From: Neoconidiobolus thromboides FSU 785
Taxonomy: Eukaryota > Fungi > Entomophthoromycota
NCBI GenBank assembly: GCA_025603075.1
Contig: MU626288.1
Coordinates: 62,001 to 126,000 of the forward strand
Direction of reading: 5' to 3'
DNA length: 64,000 nucleotides
The notes under the pieces are model-generated. The model did not search any database and had not been told where the DNA came from. It was given only the letters and a program-made list of their open reading frames with translations. Positions 41,129-52,273 of this stretch are shown here, piece after piece. Position 1 is the first letter of the stretch. Each line of letters starts with the position of its first letter. A program made the position numbers and the translations under genes.

Positions 41129-42029
41129 TTTTTTATGAGGATAAAGAATATGAAGTTTGTTGGGTTTTTTATTTAAAATGTTAGTTATATACTACTTTTT
41201 GATGTTTTGCTAAATCTATTACGTTTAAATCCAGTTTAGGAAATTTAAAACTGGACTCGGAAACTAAAGAATCTTTAGTTTGATTGTTGGTTTAAATTGG
41301 CATTTAATGAAATAAAAGTTAATAGACTTTTATTCTCTATATTAAATTAATTTATTATCTTTTTACAGTAAAATTAAAAATCATTATAAAACAATTTAAT
41401 ATATTAATACTATTCATTTAACATATATATGATAATTCTAAAGTATTCTCTATACATACTTTCTGTATCAAATTGAATCATTTGTATAACTTTAGCATCA
41501 TTCATTTAAATGATAAAAGCCTTGGCAATTGATAATTTTATATTTAATCCCATCAATACCGAACTTTAATATATCTATGATCATAGTGATATTCTCTCGA
41601 TTCGAAGTTTTCTAGACAACAAAGGTAGATATAGCTTTAGTCTATACACTGGCCTTTTTCAAAGGGAGCGATCATTAGACTTAATCTCTTTTATTGTTGG
41701 TAGCTTCCATAGTGTTCAGTCTTAATTTAACTGAGTTGTGTTGAAATCCTTATCGTGGTTAATAAATATCAAAGTTTAAATTTTTCAAAAGAAAAGAGAT
41801 TATTATAATAATTTTATTTGATAATATTCTATAAAGTTTTATATGACAAACTATACGTTTATTAAAACAAAGTAAATCAAAATTTAGCTTAACTTTCTTA
41901 TTTTAATAGACAGTGAAAAATGAACAAGAAATCTTTAACTTTTTTAATAAAAGTTAAATATATTTCTTTGAATTGGAAAGAATCATTTCTAAATCGGTTT
42001 TGACAATAAGCTCTCCGATGATGCCTGAA

Positions 42030-42198
42030 AGCCCAGTTAGTGAGTTTTTTGAATTAGAAGAATCTTATAAAATTACTTTTGGAATTGGGTGCATTGAGAG
42101 CTTGTAAACCTTGAATATTTTTATCAAATGTTAATTTAAGGTAATGAAAGCGAAGAAGTCAGAGATAAAATCGATAAAAATAAATAATTGAATTACAT
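42030..42198 (-). pseudogene. Decayed SSP-A paralogue (ATG TAA, frameshifts, CCT TAA)
   Basis: Reconstructs as M*FNYLFLSILSLTSSLSLP*INIDKNIQGLQALNAP, aligning with ...FSFTLPQSIAKNDSNLQAFNSP. Confidence 0.55.
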
Positions 42199-42314
42199 TT
42201 ATGTATATACATATATATATTATAGGTCATCATTCTTTGATATTTTGTTTATATACATTTTTTAAAGAGTGATTTACTATCTTTTTTATGCTTTTGTAAA
42301 GCTTCAATTTTATA

Positions 42315-42413
42315 TATGAAGGTGTTTTCTGATTTCACTTTTTCCATTTTTAAGTGTTATTTGAGTAGAATAATTATTAGTAAAATTCTTAAACAAAAAA
42401 ATAAATTCTCATA
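42315..42413 (-). mobile_element. MITE-like element copy 10
   Basis: ...TAAGTGTTATTTGAGTAGAA...TAGTAAAATTCTTAAAC. Confidence 0.68.
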
Positions 42414-42794
42414 TGTTTAGTAATTAATCAAAAAATACAACGTTAGATGTGTTTAATAACCTAAGTTTATAGCTTTGTTTTATATTAACAAAGTTTTTTG
42501 ATAAATAATTTCATTGTCTTTAATTTTATACAAAAATATTTAAACTTATTAAATCAAATTATTAACATAATCAAGTGACTAAAATTAATAATAACAGAAA
42601 TCATTATAAACTTAAATATAGATCTTTTATTTTATTATTTCAAACTTTATTCACCTGCTTTGAATAATTATTAAGAAATTTTATCCCAGCTTGTTTAAAT
42701 TACTTTCTTAAAATACATGTGTTAGGTTAAAAGTAATGTAAAATAAAGTTCTAGTTACTTTATTAAGATGCAGAAATTTTGATATGTATAAAAC

Positions 42795-42899
42795 ATAAGG
42801 GAATGTTTTTTTGGCTTTATTACTTTTTCCATCTTTTAAGCACTACTTGAGTGGAAAAATTGTTAGTAAAATTCTTAAATACAAAAATACATCCCCATA
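42795..42899 (-). mobile_element. MITE-like element copy 11
   Basis: ...AAGCACTACTTGAGTGGAAAAATTGTTAGTAAAATTCTTAAATACAAAAATACATCCCCATA. Confidence 0.75.
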
Positions 42900-43118
42900 A
42901 GTTGATTACTTTTTCGTTATATTATTATACTTTATTTTATCACAATTTTTAGGTTCATTAGATAGCTTAGTTAAAGATGTTAGTGTTGATCAAAGCACCA
43001 AAGTATTCATGAATGGAGGGGCTAGTACTATTAGTTTATCAAGTGGTTGCTTAACTTTATATAGACAACAGTAACTTTTTAAGAGACTAAATAGCTTTAA
43101 ATGATTTTCTAAGGAAAT

Positions 43119-43206
43119 ATATAGAACGTTTTTTTAGTTTCATTTATTTATTTTTAAGTGTTATTAAGTGAAAAAATTGTAGAACTCTTAAAAAGACACA
43201 ACCATA
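43119..43206 (-). mobile_element. MITE-like element copy 12 (degenerate, internally deleted)
   Basis: ...TAAGTGTTATTAAGTGAAAAAATTGT... Confidence 0.55.
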
Positions 43207-43508
43207 TATAATGTTTCTAAATTCTAATTTAAAGTATTGAAGTCAAAGGAATTTGATATAGACATCTAAAAGGTAATTTCTTAATAAAACCTTAGAGTTT
43301 AAACTTATATTAAAATTTATTGAGTTATAGTTTTTTTGATTTTTATTAAAAAATTTAGAGCTATTAATTCTCCGAATTCGATTTTTAGTTTCCTATAATA
43401 TGATAAACTTTGAATTTACCGAATTTAACTTAAAAACCTAGTATATAACTCAATATTCCGGAAAAAAAATAGCAAAACATAAACAACTAAATCTCATCTC
43501 TACAAAAA

Positions 43509-43832
43509 ATGCATTTCGCTTATATCTTCCTCACATCTTTACCATTAATTTTCTCTTTTACATTACCTCAATCCATTGCTAAAAATGATAGTAATTTACA
43601 AGCTTTTAATTCTCCATTTCAAGAACATATACCTGAGGCTATATCAAAATTAGCTAAACCCTCCCTCAAATTTACATCTAAGGATCAACAAAATAGTACA
43701 AAATTACAACCAGTTTCAAGTCAAAGTAATCAAGCGGATAGCCTTACGAAGATCCCATCTGACTTGAAACAAGCGGAGATGAAAGTCCAAGACTCATCAA
43801 CTAATATTGAAAAAAACAATCAAAATTTATAA
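43509..43832 (+). CDS. Small secreted protein, family SSP-A copy (107 aa), inverted relative to the others
   Basis: Signal peptide MHFAYIFLTSLPLIFSFT-LP; TATA box near 43442. Confidence 0.72.
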   Translation: MHFAYIFLTSLPLIFSFTLPQSIAKNDSNLQAFNSPFQEHIPEAISKLAKPSLKFTSKDQQNSTKLQPVSSQSNQADSLTKIPSDLKQAEMKVQDSSTNIEKNNQNL

Positions 43833-44098
43833 TACTTATAAAAAGAATAAAGCAGCTTTTGACCTTGAATTTAATAAAATAGGGATTAAACTTTAATATG
43901 ATATTTTATATATATTAATCAATTTTGTTAGTTTAAATTAACATTATAATTTTAAAATTATTAAGATGTAATATGAAATATTAATATTAAAAACATTGGA
44001 CTTATATGAGAAATTGCAGATATAACGGATTTGATAATTATTTTATATAGTTTTGATATGAGAAGAGGTCTACAAGTTCTAAGGGTAGATGAGACAAA

Positions 44099-44202
44099 AA
44101 GGATACGATCGGTTTTTTGTTTAAGAACTGTACTCATACTCTTTCCACTCAAATAATGCTTAAAAAATGGAAAAATTGATAAGCTAAAAAAACATTTCTA
44201 CA
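44099..44202 (+). mobile_element. MITE-like element copy 13 (directly followed by copy 14)
   Basis: ...CCACTCAAATAATGCTTAAAAAATGG...AAAACATTTCTACA. Confidence 0.65.
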
Positions 44203-44305
44203 TGGGGATGAATTTTTATGTTTAAGAATTCTACTAACAAATTTTCCGCTCAAATAGCGCTTAAAAAGTAGAAAAAGTAATGAAGTCAAAAAAAACAGCC
44301 CCATA
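44202..44305 (+). mobile_element. MITE-like element copy 14 (near consensus)
   Basis: ATGGGGATG...TTTTCCGCTCAAATAGCGCTTAAAA...AAAACAGCCCCATA. Confidence 0.78.
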
Positions 44306-45257
44306 TTATTTTACTTTTATTATTTAAAACATTTGGCTTTTTTAACAATTATTAAAAGTAATATATTTATAAATAAATAGTTATATTGCTTTTTTAATTA
44401 TATTACTTATATAAAAATAGTCTATTAATATTATTATAATAAAAAATAAAAAGCTGGAAAATAAAAAAATTTTTATAAAAATTTATCAAAAAATCATTCA
44501 AAATATTAAAAAAACTACTTAATAAAATATAAAATTATATTAGCAATATGAAATCTGGTACTCAGTGATTGGAGTTAATAACAGCTATTGCCTAGTTGAC
44601 TATACTGTAAGTTAAAAGGTCTTAGTTTATGTGATTAAGATAGACTTGAATTATGAATAATAGCATGTAATAGGCTATGGACTATGTAAGACAAATAAAA
44701 TAGACAATACTAATGTAAAATCTACATAAATTACTATTAAGAAAATTTAGTGGCTTTATTGGATGTATGAGATATCAGGGAATAATTCAGTTAAAAAGCC
44801 TCGACCTACTATACTCTAAAATTTCTTCTATATTCTGACAAGTATAAATATCAAAATGAGAAAATAATATTCTTTTGGATGAAACTAGAAATTCTCATAG
44901 CAAATCAAACTAAGAATGTGGGATTGATTGTCTCTGAACTTGAGAACACAACAGCTTAAATGCCTATTATGTTACAATCAATCATGGAGCTGACAAAGCA
45001 ATATTTTACAGTAATAAAAATAATGATAAAATACAATAATAAAAAATATAATCAAGAAAATAAATTAAATAAAGTATACATTTTTTAATATAAAAACAAA
45101 GTATAATAATTATTTAAATAACTAAAATATAAACTATAAAAATTAATTTTCTAGTTTACATTTCTTTATTAAACTATTTAAAACTATTGGAATTTTAAGT
45201 TAATTTTGAAATTTATGTTTAAAGTAATTCATATAAATAGTATTATTTTATCTAGTA

Positions 45258-45365
45258 TATGGGGATGTATTTTTGTATTTAATAATTTTACTAACAATTT
45301 TTTAAGCGCTATTTGAGTGGAAAAATTATCAGAAAAATTCTTAAACACAAAAATGCATCCCCATA
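45258..45365. mobile_element. MITE-like element copy 15 (palindromic chimera with two left arms)
   Basis: The left arm is present at both ends in inverted orientation around the core. Confidence 0.7.
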
Positions 45366-45465
45366 TAGGAGTGTTCTTTCTGGTTTCATCACTTTCTACT
45401 TTTTAAGTGCTATTTAAGACGAAAATTTATTAATAAAATCCTTAAGCAAAAAAATAACTCCACAT
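45364..45465 (-). mobile_element. MITE-like element copy 16 (abuts copy 15)
   Basis: TATAGGAGTG...TAAGTGCTATTTAAG...AACTCCACAT. Confidence 0.65.
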
Positions 45466-45794
45466 TATTAAAGATAAGCTATAAAATAACTCAAACACAA
45501 ACTAATAAATAAACATTATTATTTATTTGTTTTATTAATTTATTGTTTGAACATTTATTTAATATTATTTTTATATTCTTATTTTAATAATTACCTTATT
45601 ATGTTTTGTTAAATTTTTTAATTATATCCTTATTAACGATGTTATTATATATATCTAAATATTAAATATTAATTTTATATCAAACATTATCTTCATTATA
45701 ACTATTATTGTATTGTGTTTGATTTGAACACTATTGCATAAAAAAAATTACTAATCAATATTTTCAGTAAGTTCAGGAAAAAAAGAAAATATTT

Positions 45795-46090
45795 TTATCC
45801 TGAGATTCTTTATCACTATTATTTACATTCACAAAACTAATATCAGTAAATGAAGCAACATTTTGTTGTTGACCACTATCTTGGTCACTTTTACTATTAC
45901 TTTAAGATACTTTTAACAAAATATCATCAATAGTAATATTATTAATGATAGATGAATCTAATAAAAATAAAATTCTACTTTATAAGTTGAATTATTAAAC
46001 TTTGTTTTTATAATATAATTAGTCACCTTGAGATATAGGGATTGATAAAACGAAGGATAATGTGATGAAGAGGAAGGGAATGAATTGTAT
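45795..46090 (-). pseudogene. Decayed two-exon small secreted protein gene
   Basis: ATA(M)QFIPFLFITLSFVLSIPISQ, GT-AG intron 45958-46026, then DSSIINNITIDDILLKVS*SNSKSDQDSGQQQNV...RISG*. Confidence 0.45.
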
Positions 46091-46276
46091 TTTAAATTAA
46101 TAGGAATTAATTGTTTTAGTTTATATCTTTTTTGTTGAGTTAATAAGTTATATATTAATTTTTAAATGTTAGTTACCGTTTGAATTGATGTTTAATCTAC
46201 AAAAAAATAAAAACTAATTTATAAAATTAATTAATTACTAATAAATATTTTAGAAAATTTTTCAAGTTGATTTTTA

Positions 46277-46364
46277 AGTTTAAGTTTAGGTTTAAGTTTA
46301 AGTTTAAGTTTAATTAAATTTAAATAAAATAAATATTATATTATATTATATTATATTATATTAT
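46277..46364. repeat. Adjacent microsatellites (AAGTTT)n and (TTATA)n
   Basis: Tandem repeats visible in sequence. Confidence 0.75.
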
Positions 46365-46784
46365 TACAATTAATATAAAATATATTAGAAAACTAACTTA
46401 TATTATTTTCAATTAAATATAATTTTCCAACCAAAAAAATAGCATTCAAAATCCTTAATTAGCGGTTATCTAGAACCAATAAAAGCCTATATGCAATCAA
46501 TCAAATCATGATCATTTGATCTAAAGATAGAGAGGAATCATACTGAATCCAACTAATTAACTACTTACTAAAAAAACAGCAATGCTTAGTCCAAAATAAA
46601 GAATTTAACTTATGAATAGAATAATCTAATAAAAAAAATCAAAAGTAGAATAGTTGAAACTTTTTAAATCCCAATTTAAATATTTTTTATTTACAAATAT
46701 AAGAATTACTAAAGTTCAGTATAATTGCAATTTAAATACATTAATAGAAATAACAATACAATATAAAACAATCGATCTAATATT

Positions 46785-47869
46785 ATGACTTCCACTAAAG
46801 CTTTATTGATTATTAATCTTAATTTAAATCAAGCTCAATTACAAATTGAGAAACAAAAACTTAATTCTGAATATACTCAAGTCGATATTGAAGTCGATGA
46901 ACGTATCATTAATTCAGGTAAATGATTCGCGCTTTATCTTTAGTTATTACCTTGATATTAATATGTTTACTTTAATTAGAGGTCAATTATAATGAAGAAT
47001 ATGATAATGTAACAATTCTCAGTTTAATTGGCTTAAAAAGTATTAAATTGATCTATAACTATTTAAAAAAAGGTGGAAAAGTGATGATTGATTTCAAAGA
47101 TAAAGAGAATAATATTAATGTGGAGAAAGAAATTAAGTTAAATGGGTTTGTGGAAGTTAAATTTGATGAAGGAACAAAGAAGGTAAATTATAAAGAGTAT
47201 TAATATATATATATTGATTTTAATATTTCCTTTTTTATTTTAGTATATTGCAGAAAAACCAAATTATATAAAAGTGAATAAATTAAATTTGAAGTCCAAA
47301 GCATCTAAGAAAAAATATTTGTGGGACAAAATGGAAGAGAATGAATTATTAAATGAAGATGAATTAGTTGATGATAAAGATTTTATTAAACCTAATGAAG
47401 ATAGTTTATGTGGTAAGTTTAAATGTTTCAATATTTCAATGTTTTTTTGTTTATGATAAATTTATTAAATTTTTTTGTGATGTTATTAATTTGAAGTTAA
47501 TTTATTAATAAAATTTGATTATAATAATTAGCTCCTACTAATAATGGTGAAAAAAAGAAAAAAGCATGTAAAAATTGTACTTGTGGATTAGCTGAATTAG
47601 AACAAGAAGAAGAGAAAGAAAATAATAAAAAGAATTTAGATACATCAAATGTAAAATCAAGCTGTGGTAGTGTAAGTATTCTTTTATATTAATAAAATAT
47701 TATTCTTTTGGTTTTGATTTTTATTAAATGTTAATATTCTTTTGATTAGTGTTATCTTGGTGATGCCTTCCGTTGTGCTTCATGTCCTTATTTAGGTATG
47801 CCAGCATTTAAGCAAGGTGAAAAAGTCGAATTAGCTGGTAATATGTTAAATGATGATATTGAAATTTAA
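46785..47869 (+). CDS. DRE2: Fe-S cluster assembly protein Dre2/anamorsin, multi-exon
   Basis: Spliced motifs C...[15 protein letters not shown] and [31 protein letters not shown]. Confidence 0.92.
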
Positions 47870-47926
47870 AATATATAAAATATATAAATACAAATAAATT
47901 ATATTATTATTATTTATTATTATTTA

Positions 47927-48153
47927 TTATAATAATAACTCATTAAATTTAGATAATTCATCAAATTTAATAAATACTGCAATTTTCCTGGATTTAACGT
48001 TAAAATATGCTGTACCTGTGGAGTCTAATTCAACTTCATTTGTAGTATTAAAGATATCAATTAATTTTATATGTTTAAATTTTGAACCAAATGACATTTG
48101 TTTAAAGCCATCTTTAGAATTAGATAATAAAACAGCAAATAATGAATTATCAC

Positions 48154-48203
<50 letters not shown>

Positions 48204-49630
48204 CTTAACCAACCAATAGTATTCGGATGATTGAAATAATCTATTTGTATACCAAAATTATATAATTTTCTTATTAATAATAATTTTTTTAACTCTAATT
48301 TAAATCCCTTAAATTTATTAGGTCCATTAATTATTCCATTATAATCTCCATAAAATAAAGTTGGATAACCTTGATCTCTTAATAAAATTAAACAATAAGC
48401 ATGTAATTTAAACCAATCTTGAACCCAAGATTGTAAGGATTGACCTAATTGAGTATCATGATTATCTACAAATGTAACTGCTTGAGTGGGATAATCTTTT
48501 ACTAATGTATTATCTAATATTTTACTTAAATCATACTTTTCAAATTCAATACTTGCTTGATAGAAATTATAATGTAATGATACATCAAATAAATGTATTT
48601 TATAGTCAAACTTTTTTATAAATTCAATTAATACATTTACATCTCCACTCCAATATTCAGCTACAAAAAAAAAGTTCTCATTTCCTTGAATTAACATCTC
48701 TTTCATTATGTTTTTAATAAATGACAAATGAATATGTTTAGCTGCATCAAATCGAATACCATTTAAATTTAATTGATCTTTCAACCATAAGGTATACTTA
48801 ATTAATTCAAATTCAACTTCTGGATGTTTTAAATCTAAATCATTAGCTAATAAATAATCATAATTTCCATATTCTTTATCTACTTCTAATGACCAATATT
48901 TATTTTTACCTAAATTAAAATTAAAAATAATATTAATAAATAAATTATTAATTTTATTATTTAAATTGATTTTACCTAATATTCTATAAATACCATGTTC
49001 CATTGTATCTATATTGACATCTGTTCCTGTAAAATGCCAACTTTGAAATTGAAATTTAGAATATTTTCCATCTCTACCTTCAAATGTAAAATTAGTATAA
49101 CTAGTAATCCACATTTCATTTGAAATATCTATTAATCGATTATTTGGATCACATTTCTTTACTATAAATTTCTCCTTTTCATCCCCTTGAACTCTATGAT
49201 TATATACCATATCCGCATAAATATCAATATTATATTCCTTTAATTTCTTAGTTAATTTAATCAACTCTTGTTTATTTCCATATTTTGTTTTTATTGTACC
49301 CTTTTGATTAAATTCCCCTAAATCATACATATCATAAATACCATAACCTACATCATTAGTACCTGCTCCTCCTTTACTCACTGGTGGTAACCATAATGCA
49401 GAGATCCCATAATGAGATAATTCTGGGATATAAGACATTATATTATTATAATGTTGACTATCATTATTTAAATACCATTCAAAACTTTGATATAATACAC
49501 CATTGATTGGAGTAGAAGTGGAATGAAAGGTGGAAGTATTATGAGAGAAAGTAGTAATAGGTTGAATATATCGAATTAAAATCAATAAGAAATAAGAAAT
49601 TAATATCATTGTTATTATTATTTGATACAT
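47927..49630 (-). CDS. Alpha-amylase, GH13 subfamily 5 (Bacillus liquefying type), with one in-frame 66-nt intron at 48910-48975
   Basis: Motifs QSFEWYL, GISALWLPP, DVGYGIYDMYDLGEFNQKGTIKTKYG, GNYDYLL; catalytic GIRFDAAKH, VAEYW, FVDNHDTQ; hydrophobic N-terminus. Confidence 0.92.
48155..48199. repeat. (ATT)n microsatellite encoding a ~15-residue poly-Asn tract in the amylase
   Basis: Perfect trinucleotide repeat in frame on the minus strand. Confidence 0.9.
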
Positions 49631-49670
49631 TTTAAAGAGAGATTAATATACTTTTTATACTTTTTTTAAT

Positions 49671-49719
49671 TGATGTATAATTTGATATATAATTTGATAT
49701 ATAATTTGATATATAATTT
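49671..49719. repeat. (TGATATATAATT)n minisatellite upstream of the amylase
   Basis: About 4 tandem 12-mers. Confidence 0.8.
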
Positions 49720-49887
49720 TAACTCTTTTTTTAACGTATGTTTCAGTTGATTCTATATTTGAACAGGTTTAATTTATTTTGTAATTAATTTTAAGTCCAT
49801 TTAGTAATAATATTCTTATATCTGATAATTTATTATTTAAATTTAATTATAATAATTATTTAATTGATTTCATTATTTCATTATTTC

Positions 49888-49920
<33 letters not shown>

Positions 49921-50386
49921 TAATCATGTTGATTGTACTTGTTTATTATAATAATTGAAGACTCCCTACTTATTTTTTAAGATATAAAAAGTTTAAAAAC
50001 ATTTGAAAAAAAATTGATTTGAGTAAAAGTTAAGATATTTAAATAAGAAAATTGATTGAATTGAATTTAGTGAATAATTTAATAGTAATATTCGATTGAT
50101 TGATTTATTCTATTTAATGACTTATTTTTCTTATTAACTATAAATTATAGATTCAAAATAAGATTGAAAATAGTTATTAATTCCATTTAATTTATTAAAA
50201 TAAGATTTGAAAATATTTATAGTTCCATTATTAATTTAACAAAAAATAAATAGAATAAAATTCTTTTGTTATTTCATACAAAAATATCATTAAATTTTAT
50301 TTATCAAAAATATTAGATTATATAAATTACACTTAAATTAATAATATTTCTAATCCCTTTCTTTTACTTCTCTCCTTACTCCTTAT

Positions 50387-50433
50387 TCCTTATTCCTTAT
50401 TCCTTATTCCTTATTCCTTATTCCTTATTCCTT
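50387..50433. repeat. (CCTTATT)n microsatellite downstream of PTC7
   Basis: About 6-7 perfect units. Confidence 0.85.
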
Positions 50434-50487
50434 ACTCTTTACCCTTTCTTCCTTGCTCCTTATTATTTCTCCATATCCTCTTTCTAC

Positions 50488-51770
50488 TTATTCATTTTTT
50501 TGCACTAATGCTACTAGTACTGTAATATCATCTAATTTCCTAATTTAATTAATATGAATATTTGATCTTATATTTTAATTTTACTATCTAAAACTTACCC
50601 ACCCAATTCCAAATATTGATGATATTTCAATAAAGAATTAGACCAAGGCGATAATCTCTTTGGATTTAGTGAATATTTTCTTGCTGTTTCCGCTAATTTA
50701 TTACTTAATTTACGTATCTTTAATTGTAGCCAATCCGAATTTTTAATATTAATTAATTGTTTTGTAGTTTCATTTACTGATGAGTAGGTATGAGTATTAT
50801 GATCAATTTGAAATTGTAAAAATTCATTTTGAATAATATTAATAGTTTCTTCATCAAACACATTATCAAAATAGCCATCTGTAGCTAATATAATTAAATC
50901 ATTTTCTTTTAATTCTAATTCAATTTGATTACAGTCTGATGGCTCATTTTTAATATATCCTTGATTTAATTGATATTCTTTAGGAATAATAGATAATTGG
51001 TAAGGGCAATTAAAAAAATGTTGTTGTTCTTGACTTTTATATATAATTTCACTTCGATTTCGTATTATTAAAAAAGAAGAATCACCTAAATTAACTCCAT
51101 TAAGTCGACCATTATCTTTATTGATTTTTAATATAGAAGCAGTACTACTACCTAATTAATAAAAAATAATAAATAAATAAAAATAATATTTAATATTTAA
51201 TATTTAATTTATAATAATTTTAAATTAATAATCTCAATTATTATAAATTCAATTTTTTTCTTTTACTTACCTACTATTTTCTCTTTATTTTTCAATAATC
51301 GATTATAAGCTTGTTGTAATAATTCTAATGAAGATAATTCCATTTCATTACCAAAACTAGTTCGATTTTGTTGAATAATTTCACTAGCATGATTCATTAA
51401 AGACCAAGAAAATTGACTTGGATCAATCCCTACTTTTTCCCAACTACCAACTCCATCTGCTATTCCTGTAAATTAATTGTAAAAATATTAATAATTTGTA
51501 ACGAATAAATATCATTAATTATTTGATGTTTAAATTGTGATTCTTTATGTATAAGAAAGAAAATAATTTTTTATTAAATTTACCTAAATATTGATTCTTA
51601 ACTGTTGAATTTAAAAAAAAGGCATCTTCTCCAGAATCTACTTTAGCTACCTTTTTAGCTTGTAATGGTGTTATAGAAGGTAATTTATATATCGGTAAAC
51701 TATGTTGAATATTAACTCTTCGATATTTTGGTAACCAGTTTGCTGAAGTAATAATTTTATATTGATTCAT
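50488..51770 (-). CDS. PTC7: PP2C-family phosphatase Ptc7-like, multi-exon
   Basis: Motifs SGEDAFF, IADGVGSW, NLGDS, QHFFNCPYQL, LATDGYFDN, GGKLDDITVLV. Confidence 0.88.
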
Positions 51771-52273
51771 TAAATTTCTAGCAATTCTTAAAGTGAATAT
51801 TGTAAATGAGAAAAGAAATTAGTTATTGATTATTGTATTCCTTTTTAAAAATACTCAAGCTTTTTTTTTCATTTTTAAATAAAAATTTTCATGGTGCATG
51901 ATTTGGTAACTTCAAAATTACTGATTCTTTTTTCAACTTATTTTAAAAAAATTACTAAAATAATCGAATGCGTTTCAAAATTAAGCTCAGAGCTCAGCTT
52001 AGTTTATATTTAATTAAGCTATTTATTTATTTACTTTTTATTAAAGGAATATTATAATAATAAAATAGTATTTTGTTCATTTATAATAAAAACACTCTGG
52101 TTTTTTTATTTATAATAATAATTTCAATCTTTTTTTCTTTTTAATTAAAAGTAATCAATAAATATTCAATAAAGCCAAAATAATATATAATAATAATAAA
52201 TCTTAATTTTATTTCTCCATAATATATAAAATGCTCTTTTCTTTTTATTTTCTTTTTCTTTAAATTCTTTTCT

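Noticed and set aside
42952-43074. Possible orphan exon (GSLDSLVKDVSVDQSTKVFMNGGASTISL...) between two MITE copies
   Set aside because: No partner exon, start codon or recognisable motif was found; it cannot be supported without homology searches.
37839-43832. SSP-A genes as Kex2-processed repeat peptide (KEP/RiPP) precursors
   Set aside because: No internal repeats or KR/RR cleavage series, and no DUF3328, tyrosinase or other tailoring gene nearby.
40110-46090. TAA reassigned to Gln (ciliate-like code), which would make the ATG TAA pseudogenes intact
   Set aside because: Conserved genes end at TAA exactly at their expected C-termini (C1-THF synthase GLF*, ATPase, Dre2, Cia2), long ORFs have no in-frame TAA, and the pseudogenes also carry frameshifts.
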